This document shows, piece after piece, positions 1 to 13,130 of a DNA stretch of 64,000 nucleotides. Position 1 is the stretch's first letter; each line of letters opens with the position of its first letter. A program made the translations under genes and the position numbers. Below the pieces are notes generated by a model. That model was not told where the DNA came from. It ran no database searches and saw nothing but the letters and a program-made list of their open reading frames with translations. Origin of the DNA: Pelomyxa schiedti (Eukaryota; Protista; Evosea); the NCBI GenBank assembly GCA_020536535.1, contig JAHLWZ010000222.1, forward strand, positions 62,001-126,000, read 5' to 3'.

Positions 1-201
1 GTATGTGCCCTGTACAAATCGCACACCAAGGCACGTTTTTCCAACAGCTTTTTGTTTTTTGTTGACAAACAAAGAAGAAAGTGAAATAGTGGCTGTGTTG
101 CCCAAAAAAACTGTCCATTTGACGTTGTTGATGACAAAGAACAACGACACACATTGTGTGCCAAGTAGCACGTATTTGAGATCTGACTCGTCGTCGGCCA
201 T
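1..201 (-). CDS. Rab-family small GTPase, 5' part only (runs off window start)
   Basis: Not in the ORF track. ATG at 201 plus removal of one GT-AG intron gives MADDESDLKYVLLGTQSVGKTCLGVRFVQGTY, i.e. beta1 and the G1 P-loop (GxxxxGKT) followed by a Rab-type RFV. Confidence 0.8.
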   Translation of the reverse strand, partial: MADDESDLKYVLLGTQCVSLFFVINNVKWTVFLGNTATISLSSLFVNKKQKAVGKTCLGVRFVQGTY

Positions 202-415
202 TACACACGGTTTACAACGCCTTTTGTTTGTTTTTTTTTATTTTTCTGGCGATTTTTTTTTTGCGATTGATCGCTCGGAAAAAATGAAGAGATAATGAAT
301 GAGATCAGATTGCATCAACCAAGGTCAGGGGAGGGACGTCAAAGGAAAACTAAAACGCAAAAATTCAAGAACGCATGCCGCTTTCGGAATGGTGTTTCGG
401 TTTTCAAAATGAGGT

Positions 416-3400
416 TTATACAGAGGATGTGGGAATGTTAGTGGGAAGTGGTGAAGTTGAGGAATAATGACGTGGTGTTGTTGGTGGGGGTGTTGTGGAG
501 GCTGAAAGAGGTAATGTGGATGATGCTGGACTGGTGGTGTTGTTAACAATGGGTTCCATCACCCCCAATGCACCTTTGTTTATTGTAAATGTTAACATCC
601 TTTACTAATGTTATTTTTATTGAGGAGATACCTGGGGAGGGAGAGGTGGTGATTTGAGAAGCCGCTCTGAAAGCAATAAGAAAAACGGGGGAGAAAAAAA
701 TTAGTAAAAGCCGCACTCGACGTTACTGCTGTCTTGCTTTGCTGCTCGTTTCTCGAGAGTGAGAAGATGCTTCTCTTTAGCCTCTAAAGCTCTTGAAGTG
801 TCTTTTTTTTTTTATAGTCAGACCTTAATATACGAAGCACTTCCTCACCTTCATGCTCCAAAGCAAGCTTTTTTGCCTCAATTTGGGCCTGGGTAAATGA
901 GACAAGGTTATTACATACTATGAAAGGTACTTTTTTTGCTTCAGCCGAGACATGCTCCAGCTTTCTCTGGAGTGCGTCTATTTTCCCCCTTAATTTATCC
1001 TCTGTACTCTTTATGGACTTGGAAAGCCGTAGCTTTTCGTACTTCTCATATACTTCACTCAATTGCATTTCCAAGTCCATGACCTTTAGGATTTTTGAGG
1101 TGGGGTTTTCAAATACTCGTACTTTAAGGCACCGGTTTTCCAGATCCTTTATTAGACTATTTTTTATTGCTGTGGACTCAACAAGTTGAATTTGCTGAAA
1201 AGGAAAATTTAGTGGATTACAGGGCAAAGGGACAATTAAGCAGGAGGCATACAGATTCTTGTTTTACAGTGACAAGTTCATTTTCAAGCTTGCGTATTAA
1301 GGCTGAATCGTTTCTACTACTTTGTAGAGATGACGCCTTGCAAGAATTTGTGTAAGATATGTACAAAGACACAAAGTATACCTGAAGTAAACGAAGTTGA
1401 TCGCGGTAAGACGTAATTGCTCTAGCTAAAAATGAGTTGGAGATTTTGGATAGTTGAAAGTACTTGGTCAAGTCGGTATTGTGAGAGAGTTGTGTGTTCA
1501 GTTCCGCTTTTAGCAAGTCAATCTCCGCTAGAAGTTCTTGTTCCTTAGAAGTAGACTACGTTGAGCAGAAATTACATAAGCGGTGGCTTTTTTACTAACT
1601 CCAACTGCATGATTTTTATACCTGTTGACTAGCTGATGCCTCTTCAACAGATTTGTCACATTCTGAGCTAAGGTCAAGATCCCTTGAGCCCGAATCCTTT
1701 TGCATTGGAAAAGTGTAAAAGAAAGAAAGTAACTAAGTTGATACGTACTGGTGGTAGTGCTGATATTTGGGTGCCAGTTTCTTCTCCACTTGGTACATTT
1801 TCCTTTTACTGTGAGTTAATTATGAAAAAAGAAGAGGGAGTGAACTTTCAAATCTTTCACGTCTCTTGGTGCATCATAGGAAACGTCAGTGATTCGAGAA
1901 TGAGTTAACGGAATAGCTTGAGGGCTGAGAGGAGGTTTTTCCTCTGTTCGAGTTTCGTGATCAACGACATCCAAATTCGGCGAAATGGTTGTTTGAGTTT
2001 CATGGCTCAAAACAGGCCCTGCGAGAGTGGGGGGTGCAACAGGAATATAGGTTAAAGGAGGAAGCATAGTGATTGTCCTGGTGGGATCTAGAGGGCGAAC
2101 CTGAGGAGATATCATTAAATAGAAGTAACTTGTTTAGAAGAGCTGGCCGAACTTGGGGTAATGAGCAAGGGAAGTTGGTAAATTCAGGTATTGTTTGTGG
2201 TTCTCTCTCAAATACTAGCTTCTCGGTTTGAGTCTCCTTATCGAAAGACTATTGTCTATAAGTCGAAACTTACATTTTCTAGGAATATACACAAGAAGAT
2301 GAACCAGTTGTTTCATCACCTACAACAGAGTCCATTCCAAAATCAAGAAACGAAAGCTACAACGTATTACAGAGAAATTTAACTTTTTAAAGATACATCT
2401 TGTGGAGTTTGGAGCGTATTGTAGAGCTGATCTATTTGGTTCATTCCGCGTTCTAATACTCCTTTAAGGTGATCTTCATGTTCTTCTAATTCCACCTGAG
2501 TTATTAGTAAAAAAGTACACCTCTAATGCTCACACATTTGGTGCTAAAGTATCTGATATTGTAGACGTGTCTGTGGGTATTGAGAGAAATTGTTCTCCAT
2601 CCAAGTGGTCAGGGAACGAAAGGGAAGACCTTTCATTTGAACTCTAATAAAATATCGAAGGGCTTAAGTATGAGGTGTGATAGGCTAGCTGCACAAGATA
2701 AAGATTTACATGGCTAAGTTTTTCCAACTCATTTTTCAGTTTTTCGATCTCAGTTTTTAATAATTCAATTGTGACACTCTTTTCGCGGCTCTCGAATTGT
2801 GCCTGTTGAAGAGATGCTGTCATTTCTTTCAGCTTTTGTTTCAGCTCTATGTTTGGCTAAATGCAATAGTTATAAAATAAAAGAAGTTAGTGAAGCTGAA
2901 GCTTACTTTGAAAGACTCATTTTGTTTTGATTGCTCCAATTGTTGTTTGAACTCGAGTAATGTTTTATGTGCAACTTCCACCTCTTGTTCCTGCAAAGTA
3001 AGTTACAAGCCATTGCGTAAATGGCCAAGGAAAAAGTACTTTCTCTAATAGCATATCTTGGAGAGCATCTTGTAATTCTAGAGCTTGATTTCTTTCTTCC
3101 TCGGCCAGGTTCAATTTGATCTCAAGAAGGTCTCCCCTTTCTATATGTATAAGGTAAAATGGAAGCGCAAGCTAGACATACTTTTTAGTTCAGCCACGTT
3201 TGGTAGTGCTAAGGCCAGATTCTTGTCAGAAAAATCTCCTAGTAAAGTGAATTTTAAAATCCCAGTGCGGAGAGGGGAAATAAAACCAGTCTTAATCACA
3301 GACAGCTCTTCCTGGAGACTTGCTACAACTTGATTCAATCTTTCCACTTCTGATTCACTTTTAAAAAGAGCTGCCTTTAATTCCACGGAGCTTCTTTCAA

Positions 3401-5050
3401 TATTGAGTTTAGCTTTGTTTTTTATTGTCTTTGCCCTATTTGGGGAAATGGGCCACTGTAAGTTGGCAAAGGAAAACGAAACTATTCATTCACCGTTGCC
3501 CAAATCTCAGGGTAGAAAGAGTTTCCTCCATGTTTAGTATTGAGGGTGAACAATTAATTATCCTTAGGGAAAAGATGAACGAAAGAAAAAATGCCAATTT
3601 CTTACAGTGTCGTTTTGGAATTTCCACCCAGACTTTCTTGTAAAAGTCGGGTTAACTTTGAATCCCTTGTGAAATGGTAAAAATAGAGGCCAGCTGTACC
3701 AAATGTACCTATAGGGGATATGTGCGGACTGGCAATTTTTAGCTGGAGAACTGCCAAAAAAATGAGAAATACCTTTCCGTCAGTCAAAGAATTGATTACA
3801 TTTCCAAGGGCCGCCAATGATTTATTAATCATCTGGGTTTCTTTCAGTGTACAACCACATACGAGAGACCGCCCCAGCTAATTTCACATAAGTTGGCTTG
3901 AAGTGAATATAGTTAATTTGAGTGGTGCACTAACCTTTTCGGAACCCGCCTAATGGAATTATTAGAACATGAGTGAGTAGCGTTCATAGAATAAGTTGTA
4001 GAAAAATTAAATCTCACCAAGTCAACTAGATAAAGCTTGCCTGTAGAAAGGGTGCCATCACGTCTGTCCCGTTGCTTGACAGTGAACATGAAAACACTGT
4101 GACTTCTTGAACTTCTTGGGTTCATCTCTTTTGTCTTTAAGTTGTGACAAAGGGACACAATGAATAACCTGTTTCAGCTGTCGCTCTATTTTGATGTCCA
4201 ATCTGAAGGACAGCCATAACGTCTTCTGGAGTTGAAACAGCCAATTCAGTTTGGCCTTCTACATACACCCCCTTTATCTTTTCCTCACGGACTTTTAGGT
4301 TATCTCGTTTAACTGTATTGTTAAAGTGAATCTTCAAGAAAAGAGGTGCCAACCAACCGTCAAGTAGGTCACGTATTCTTTCCAGATAAATTTCAAGGAA
4401 ACTTGTATAAACAGACACTTCCATATGAGCAGGTGCATGGTGAACTGCTACAAACAAATCATGCACAACTCGTGGGACTATTCCTTTGAGGTCTTCATTA
4501 TCCATTGCTGGGCCCTACATCACTGTGGTTTGGTTTGGGGTGACTATGCTATACGGGGTTGACAAACTTCCATTGTATACGTTTTCCCTGAAGCTGTTTG
4601 GCCATAGACGAACACAGTCGCATTATAGCTGAAAAAGAGGTTTCTCACTCACAAAGAAAAGGGCAGGGAAGAGAATACCCTTCCATGACAGAGGCTATAC
4701 AAGACTTGGCAGAGTCATCATATATTTCTTTCATACGTCAGAATTTCGAATTGAACAAGGGGATAAACAAGGAAAAACCCTCTTGCGTTGCACGGCCATC
4801 AAAGCATTTATCAAAAGTAAAAAAGTGGCCCTAGCGAAAATGCACAATTATTTTGTTGTGATTTGGCATATGACTTAATTACAATGCCTGCCACGTCTAT
4901 GTTGGACCCGCCCAAAAAAAATTGTTGTTGGAGGGAAGGGAGGATCGTTACCTTAACTTCAACTGCATTTGGAGTCAAAAATTGGACACAGTTGGAGCCG
5001 CCATCAGGCTCCAGAGGTCGCACTCGAAGCACCACCCTTATTCGTTCCAT
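416..5050 (-). CDS. Kinesin heavy chain-like motor protein (N-terminal motor, long coiled-coil tail), many introns
   Basis: Spliced motifs: [18 protein letters not shown] (P-loop), [14 protein letters not shown]|[28 protein letters not shown]|[18 protein letters not shown]. Heptad-rich exons follow. The 3' end is approximate and a second gene in the tail region cannot be excluded. Confidence 0.9.
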
Positions 5051-5234
5051 ACAGATCCCCGAAAATATTATTCGTGATTTACGCAAAAAACAGAATCGTT
5101 TCAAAAGACGGTGGTGTCTGGGTTCGTGAGGGCATTTACGTTGAGGCACAATTGTGGGTGCAGAATAGGACGGAAACCCTAAGTTGAAGGATAAGGTTAG
5201 TTTTGGAGTCCGACAACCTCCTACTTGCTGAGAT

Positions 5235-5899
5235 TCAGAATTGCTCAGAGAGCTTTGCCCAGTTATTCTTTTTTTCCCTGAGTAGTTGCAGTGCATCTTC
5301 AGGCGACTTGGCATGACCACCAAACTGGAAGGACATTAGGGAATATTTGTTGTCTTTGGGCGCAGTTACCTAGCTCGCATGAAAGGACTGTGCAACTTCT
5401 TTTCTTCCTGGAAAGTAGTCGGAACAGCGGGGTTTCCCTTAGATTGTTTCTCTTTGGCGCAGTGCAGTTTGCGGGATAGCCTCGTTAGATGATTGGAACC
5501 GAGGATGGACAATGATGTGCTGGTTTTCAGGGTCGATTGTAAGAGCAAATTCAAGATTCCTTCATGCCCTGGGTAAATTTTTGTGTCCCCCGGAAGTATT
5601 CTGCGCAATTACACGTTCATCCTTTGACAGCACAACCGGATTTGTTCGTATGCATCAATAAATACGTTCAATCCTCCAACGTGGTCCTTGTAGAAATCAA
5701 AAAGGAAAAAAAAAAGGTATCAGACTCACGTGTGATGGTGGGTAACGAGAACAGCAACTACCACGCCCGAGCATCTGCGCACCGCACGTGAAACATATCT
5801 GACGTCCGGAACGTCCACAACAACCACTTCCCCTCCACCAATATCAACGATGTATGACAGGTTTTGAGCCCCTGCGCACTGCACAACCTCAATATTCAT
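5235..5899 (-). pseudogene. Glyoxalase II (hydroxyacylglutathione hydrolase, MBL fold) pseudogene
   Basis: THHH..DHVGG, PVVLSKDERV, LPGDTKIYPGHE, NLEFALTIDPEN, PTTFQEEKK..PFMR and LLREKKNNW are all present but in different frames. The central TPGHT and GDTLF motifs are absent. Confidence 0.75.
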
Positions 5900-6044
5900 C
5901 CCATAATTCCAAACCAACGCCTCGCTTAGTCGTGACCCCTTTTGTTCTGTTGTCATTCCAGCCGTGGGTGTTCCGAACAAAATTCTTCATCAACAAACAA
6001 GTTGGTTTTTTCCAGGTTTTGTTCGGAAGTACACTGTGGTCGCG

Positions 6045-7064
6045 ATGGATCCCACAAGCGCGGCAACGGAGACCACTGTGAGTTGCAGCAGTAGCAGTGC
6101 AGGAGTGACCAATTCTGCAAGTGCCACGTCGCCAACACCCATAATGACGGAGCTGCTTGTCGGTGGAACCGGGGGATCGCAGGTCAAAATGTTCGTGAAG
6201 GAGTCCACGCTACGCAGAATTCCCTATTTTGAAAAAGCCATTTGGGGAAACTTGGCCACTCCACGTAATGCAGCTGGGATTCCTGTGTTTGAGTCTATGA
6301 ATGGTGTGTAGTGTGAACTTACAGTGATTCATGGTCAATATTATATACGATAGCACAGTCTTGTATTCCATAAGTCACTTATGTCTCATTCTCTCACACA
6401 ATAGAAAAGCACCTCGCCGCGGTCTTTATGTATGCAGAAAGGGAGAAGCCTTCACCGAGATTTTTACTTTGTGGACTATCCCGGACTTCCTCTGCAGAAG
6501 ACTTAGTGAGACTTTTAGGTTTTATTATATTGTTTATGTAATTCAGTTTGACTTCTTGTAGACTTCCTATGCTTGCTTCCAACTGTTCCAAATCTTGAGA
6601 CACTGGATTCGATGCTGAAAGATCTGACATCAGAATTTGAGGATATCTATGAATGGCACAAAGCAAACAAGAAGGGAGCAAGAGATGCAGCCGCGTTACT
6701 GGTAATTACTCTGTGCTTGCACGGTTTCGATTTCAATCATGGTCCCTCAAAGAATAAAGCATATTCAATGGTGGAGTTTGTTATTCATCATCCAGGTAGG
6801 CTGGAATTTCTCTATTTTCCATGAATGACAAAATTTACAGGCACATTTGGCTGCCGCCTCCGCCACCACACTTTTGAAGTTGCCAAAGCAACCATGCCCC
6901 TGACCACCAAGCAAATAGGCATTTTGGCAAACCTCCAAAGAAAGTGGCGGAATGTGCCCAGTGACGATGAGCGCTTCTTTTATCGTGGAGAGCATGAAGA
7001 TCTTTCTAGAAGTTCTTCTTCTGACGAGAACCCATTCGACCGAGACAGCTATTCAGATGAATGA
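6045..7064 (+). CDS. BTB/POZ (KCTD-type) domain-containing protein
   Basis: ELLVGG...MFVKESTLRRIPYFEKAIWG...NAAGIPVFES resembles the KCTD/T1-type BTB pattern. The spliced exons end at DSYSDE*. Confidence 0.5.
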
Positions 7065-7191
7065 ACACAATTTCTTTGCTGCAAATAAAAAAAAAAGTAT
7101 CAGGTTCCTGATAGTAACAACTGAGTTGTCACTTCATCAGAATGATCTCCAAAATCGACCCTCATCAAACGAAATCAAAACAGAAACTAAA

Positions 7192-8321
7192 ATGAGGCTG
7201 GCGTTGTGGGCTCGTGTTGCTGTTTTTGGTTGTTCCTTGTTTTTTGTTGCTGCACAGAACGAAGTGTTCCCACAAGTGACTTACACCAAGTGAGTACGTA
7301 ATCTCCTTCTTTCTTCATTGGGTCGAGGAAACTTGACCCCATAATTTTGCGTCCTTGTATGACACTCCAAGGGAATTTTATTGGCAAGACCCGTTCGGTT
7401 TTGCTTCATGCATTTTATCTGGAGGTTTTGGATAGATTTCGTTCCCTTGTGGGAGAACTCAACTTTAAAACAGAGGATGGTTTTACACAAGGAACAGAGC
7501 ACTTAGAATACACTGCTGTTTCAAATTGTGACGTTTCAGGTGTCATACAGCTGGTCAACTCTCCCAGTATGAAGAAGTTCAAAAAGGGAATTTTTGTGGG
7601 CCACTAAATGAGTTCTAGACTGGGGTCTACTTTTTGGTTCTTCTAGCTCCCCAATCGCCAGTTATTCGTGCATCGGCACAATTTCGAGCCTAAGGGAACA
7701 GCTCCTTATTGATGACAGTGTTTCTGATGCCACTATCTACACGTCAATAAAGTACTCTGAGAAATCTGATGATATTCAAATCATTACGCACATTACTGAC
7801 GGAACAGTACTATCCTTAAAACAATGAATAGACATTCGCATAGCTAACTCTTTTGAAATAGCCCACGTGGTCTCCAGTGAACAAATCAAGCATTAGCGGC
7901 TTATACATTCAGAACGACCTGGGGAACTCCATTCCCGTTAATGTTGATATCGGTATCCAGCCAAAGTAGTTTCTTTGCCGTTTGATTAAATGACAACAAA
8001 GGCTCCATCTACCTTGTACGGATTTCCAGTAACCCGGTGGATGAGACTCAGCTTCTAAGTACCAATACTCTTGTAATATTCAAACTGCTCCCAGCCGCTA
8101 CTATGGCGCCTCAGGGACTGAGCCTGCGATGGAGCATCCTATACTCTCTCACCGCGATTCCAGACACACCCGACGAGCAAATGGCGGAAGCAGCAGCGCG
8201 AGCCGATGGGATATCCATAGCAGCACTGATATTCACCCTCGTGGACATCTCTGTAATATCCGGCATAGCCGGTACTGTTTTGTTTAAACACATCAAAAAA
8301 GCACGCTCCCAGAGCACATAA
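7192..8321 (+). CDS. Type I membrane/secreted protein of unknown function
   Basis: Signal-peptide-like N-terminus MRLALWARVAVFGCSLFFVAAQ. C-terminal hydrophobic helix ISIAALIFTLVDISVISGIAGTVLF followed by a basic tail. Confidence 0.6.
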
Positions 8322-8601
8322 GCACACACCATACAAGCCTTCACACTGTGTTACTTGAAAAACAACACCAACAACATTTTCCTATTTGTTCTTTGGTTTT
8401 TTTTCCTTTCTTTTTTTTTCACCGCATCCCTCTAAGGGACACACCCCGAAAAACATTGATTAATCGTTTGTTCGGGGTCGTGCCTGTCCCTTTCCAATCT
8501 TTCTTACTTTCGAGTGCATTTTTCCTTCGCACCAAAAAAAGGAGCTGGACCGATCATCAACGACAACCAACAGCGGCGCCGTCGTGGTACCACCCCCACC
8601 G

Positions 8602-11430
8602 ATGTCCTCCTCGTCCACCTACGACGAGACGACGCCGATCGGCCCCCCGTTAGCTCCCCCGCCCCCGTCGCCGCCGCTCCCAACGACCCCGAGATCATCC
8701 ACAACCACGGCCTTCGACGCTGTCACCAGCTTCAGCATCGCCATCAACAGCAACCACGACGGCGACAGCGCCAGTGGCAATCCCACAATCAGGACCGGGG
8801 AGGGTGGCGGTGGTGGAACTGAGGAGGAGGGAACTGGGAATGCTGGGGCTACGGGTGCTGTGGTGATCAAGAGGCCCAAGGCCCACAAGGGCACGTCTAT
8901 CTTCCAACAGAAACAAAAGGAGAGATACGCCGCCGCCGCCCTTTTCCGTCGCCCGTCGTCATCTACAACAACAGGTGAAGGCGGTGATGGACTGGGCGAT
9001 CGGAACGTTGTTGTATCCCATAATAATACTGGTGATGGTGATGGTGACGGGGACTACCCACTTGGGCCGCCTCCGCCTGTGTCACCTTTGATGGTGCCTC
9101 TGGCTCCGCCTTCGGGGACTGTGTTGTTCCCATTTATAGACCCACCCCCGCCCGCGCCTTCTCCCCTTATAATTGCAATTGCACCTCCACCCCCTCTAAG
9201 TCTAACTCCAACACCAACTTCTGCACCCATTAATAGCACAGCCACACCAACATCAACATCACCAGAACAAGCAGCAGCAACAGTAACAACAACACCAAAC
9301 ACCAAACAAATCACTGGTACTAGTAATTTGACAGCTACTAGTGTTACAAATAGTACTAACCTCCAACAAACACATAAACAACCTGGTATTGTTAATATAC
9401 CACCACCACCGCCGCTGGCACTAAATGACTCTGGTAATATACCTCCTCCGTCATCACTGGTTCCACACACAACATGTGTGCCTCCATCTAGTACAACAGC
9501 AACACCTCCTCTTTCATCACTGGCACCACCAATGACAGTTCCTCCCCCATTGTTTATTCCTCCATCCCTTTCTCTCCCCTCCTCGCTTGTATTTGCTTCT
9601 TCAATGATCCCTCCCCACCCTACTCACACCCCCACTCCTCCAGCTGCAGCTGCAATGTCAGAACCATCTATTTCAGATGACCCAGCTCCGCTGGGTCTCG
9701 AGTCTGCTTCTAAAAATCATCACGACATTCCAAATATCAAGAAATTTCTGAAAGTCACTGGAACAAAAAAGACCAAAGATGGAAAGATAAAAGATGACAA
9801 GCATAAAGATCCTGAAGAAAAACATAAAACCAAAGAGGAAAAACAGAGAGAAAAAGAAGAGCGACACCGCGAAAAAGAAAAGCACAATGCACGTGACAAA
9901 ACCCCAGAATCCAGTAAGTCTAAGAAAATACACTTCCCACTAACCTGCTTCTGCACAGAGCCCCCCGATTTCCCCACAGTCTTATACCATCCCGCTTTAA
10001 CACACAGTTTCGCGGGTTTCCTAGCAAAAGAGTTTGCCCAAGAAAGTTTAGAGTTTACGAAAGTGGCTGAACAATTTGCAACACTGAAAGATGCAAATGT
10101 AGACTAACACAAACAACCTTTTTATTTTAAATCTCAGTAGGCAGCAAGAGAACTTGCACAGGTTATTTATGACAGATTTATTGCCCCAGATTCACCATCT
10201 GAATTGAATATTGATGCCCCTACAAGAGAAAAGATTGAAAAGAAGCTTGCCTCACCCAAGGTATTTTGTTGTCTATTACTCCCGGCCTGACTTGCGGTTT
10301 CTAGCCACTTCCAAGCACTTTATTTGACAGTTTACAACTTGAAATGCGCCGTCTACTTGAGTTGAACTTTTTCTCTCGCTGGTTGGCCACTGGAGAGTGG
10401 AAGTCAATAGAGTGGATACCCCACGTTGGTAAGGTGTTTTCTTTTGTTTGATATTTCTTTCCCTTCGTCAGCAACTAAAGCTATTACAGTTCAAATGCCA
10501 TCGCTACCTATCGTCCTTTATCACCCTCGGCTTAGCAACCAATTTGAAAGTTTCCTTGCACAGCATGATGCTGCACACCTTCTTTACTTTTGGAAGGATT
10601 GCTCTGCATTCTCGGAATCCTCACTATCTGGGGTTTTCCCGCTCTTTGTCGGGCTTCCTTTAACCTCGATTAGGAGCAAAGGGCAGTGCTGGCTATAGAG
10701 CTGCTTGCAAAACACGCTGCAGCAGTAAAAAGCCTACCATCCTCTATTCAGGAAGTGTACGACTCCGTTCCGCCGTCAGTGGAGCCAACATTTTTCAAAA
10801 GAGCACAGGTTTTCCCCTTCGTTTTTCCCAATCCCTCTAAATCCCAATAGGGTGGAATAGCACAGATTTTAAAGGTTACAGGTTTGTTTTTATCTCGGTT
10901 TAATGCGCCGCTAACCCCGTTCCTCCTCTCATAGATTGAACCTCCCTTCATTGGCACCCTAACAAAAGGTAGGTGAGTCACTATCCATTATGGGTCTGTT
11001 GTAGAACCTGGGTATGGCTTGAAATAGACCATGGTACAACAAAAGCCCCTTTCCTCTCCAAAAACTAACCTCAGCCTCCAGCCCAAATAATACAAATCGT
11101 CGGTGCTGTCGATCCAACACTTTACGGCACAACCCAAGATAAAAAAAAAAAGCCCGAGAGGTTCGTTCTCTATCGACTTTTACAATAAGAACCCTTACTC
11201 CTTCTCCATCCCATTCCCACAATAGCCTTGATCCAGGGATTCCACCCCCGCCACCACCCCAGGACCCAGTCCCACCACCTGCCACTATTACTTCCCCACC
11301 AGCATCTGAACCCCAGCCTCCTCCCTTTGTTGATGAGCAGGTCACTCCCCCTCCCACTGACACATCACCTGTACCTCCCCCTCTGGACCCACCTCCCCCT
11401 GATTATATACCACCCCCAACAAACCTGTGA
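8602..11430 (+). CDS. Proline-rich protein with RGS (regulator of G-protein signalling) domain plus a second RGS-like repeat
   Basis: FAGFLAKEFAQESLEF, IYDRFIAPDSPSELNID and LFDSLQLEMRRLLELNFFSRW match RGS helices. Second unit: LYHPRLSNQFESFLAQHDAAHLLYFWKDC. Both termini are poly-Pro. Confidence 0.8.
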
Positions 11431-11512
11431 CAAAACTAATTTTTGTTGTGTATTCAGTAAAAGAATTGGAAGTAAAAAAAACAAAACACTTTTTTTCCCA
11501 CACAAATGACCA

Positions 11513-13022
11513 TCAAAACCGAGAATAGAAGTTGTAGCGGTCCGTTCTGGCCCGGACTTCTTCCTGTAAAACCAGTGAAAAGGTTGAAGAGAAAGGGTGA
11601 CAAACCATGGAGATATCTTCATGTGCAAATACAAGTCTGGAGCCGGTTGATCTCGGTACTTCTGGTGTTGAGGTTGAGGTGGAATCGTTTGCATTCGTTG
11701 TGTCAGAGGAATTCTGTGGGTATTGAGGTGTTTCAGTTTGTGGCTGTTGTTGAGTTGGTGTAGTTTGTAATGGGAGTGGTTGCTGCTGGGTGGGAGCGAG
11801 ATTGGGTGCCTCAGTTTTGACAGTCTTATTTTGTCCAGGTACATCGGCTTGTCGGGTTTGTTCAGGAGGCAAGGAATCTGTTTTGTAGAAATAAATGACA
11901 GTGTTAAGAATTGAAGGTGCAAAAAAAAGCTCGGCCATTGCACCAAGTTAATGATTGTTGGGTAGTGTTTAGTGCATTACATTGGTGGGGGTGCATACTG
12001 CTTTAAGATCAAGAAAGGGATTGAAGAAACACAATACAAATATTATTAAGAGAAGCGAACTAAATAGACAGACACCAGTGTATGCAATATTGTTTTGTTT
12101 TGTTGGTTTTTTAAAAGGCGAACAAATGAGGAGAAACACAAATGATTATTTTCAAATAATGACACTAACCTGGAATTGGTGTTTGAGTAGAGATACTTGT
12201 GTTCGATGATGTTGTAGTGCTAGTCACTGGACTGTCAGGTGGGTCTGGAGTGCTTGAGGTCACTTGAGTTTCCAAAGGGGCATTCTGTAAGTATTTAGAC
12301 ACTAAAGCTTAGTACAAAGTAAAAACCGTATTTGGTGCGGCGGGGTTCATCCAGGCAAGATTGGGGTAAGGTAACGCTCCAGGCATGGGAAATCCTGGCA
12401 TAAACGGGTTTTGCATCCTACACAACGAATAAATTGAAATTATGAGAAAAAAAAGAGGAAGCAGTTTACGGATAAAGAAGACCCGGAGGAAGTGCGTTTT
12501 GTATGATTTCCTGATGTTTCAACTTCACATACAGGTCTGGGTCTTCACCCTTCTCTGCATTTGAAGTTAGTGATGAGGAAGTAACCTAAGGCAACCTTTG
12601 GCTTCGTGCACAAGAACGTCATCTTCTGGGATTCCGTCCATACCACATATTTCCGGTCCTGGAACGGTGTCTCGATTGGGTTTAGAGTTGGGAATCCTAA
12701 CCGAGGAGAAATCAGCATGCAATACTGAATGGGAAGAACAAGAAGGGGACACTTTGAGATATTCTCTTTGTGGACTTGCGAAACGTGTATTGTCAGCCCA
12801 CCTGCTGTTGACATTTTTTTGTGGCACACATGGCACTTAAAGTGCTTTGCTTTTTGGTGTTGGATTAAAATCTTCTCGTCCTCGAACGTTCTGTCGCAAT
12901 ACCTGGATGACAAAAAAAAAGGGCGAGTTAAGCAACGCACTTCACCAAGTCGCTAAAGGAGAGATCTCACACCAACACCACGGTCTCGTTTCGCTAGTCG
13001 CCTTCTTCTTACGCTTCCCCAT
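11513..13022 (-). CDS. ZNF207: ZNF207/BuGZ-family zinc-finger protein
   Basis: MGKRKKK..RPWCW|[49 protein letters not shown], and the C-terminal GLEBS-like [10 protein letters not shown]|EEVRA. Confidence 0.92.
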
Positions 13023-13130
13023 CCGCTTTGTGGTTTTTTTTCTTTTTGTTTTCTCTTTCAACCAGTTTAATTTTCCGAAGAGATCTGAGCAGGGAAATAA
13101 TTGCACGAAGACAGGACAGGTCGTCGTTTC

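Noticed and set aside
5235-5899. Insertional RNA editing or trans-splicing to repair the broken genes
   Set aside because: Lesions are heterogeneous (nonsense, large deletions, an insertion element) and confined to three loci, and the missing segments are not found in the window. Pseudogenisation fits better.
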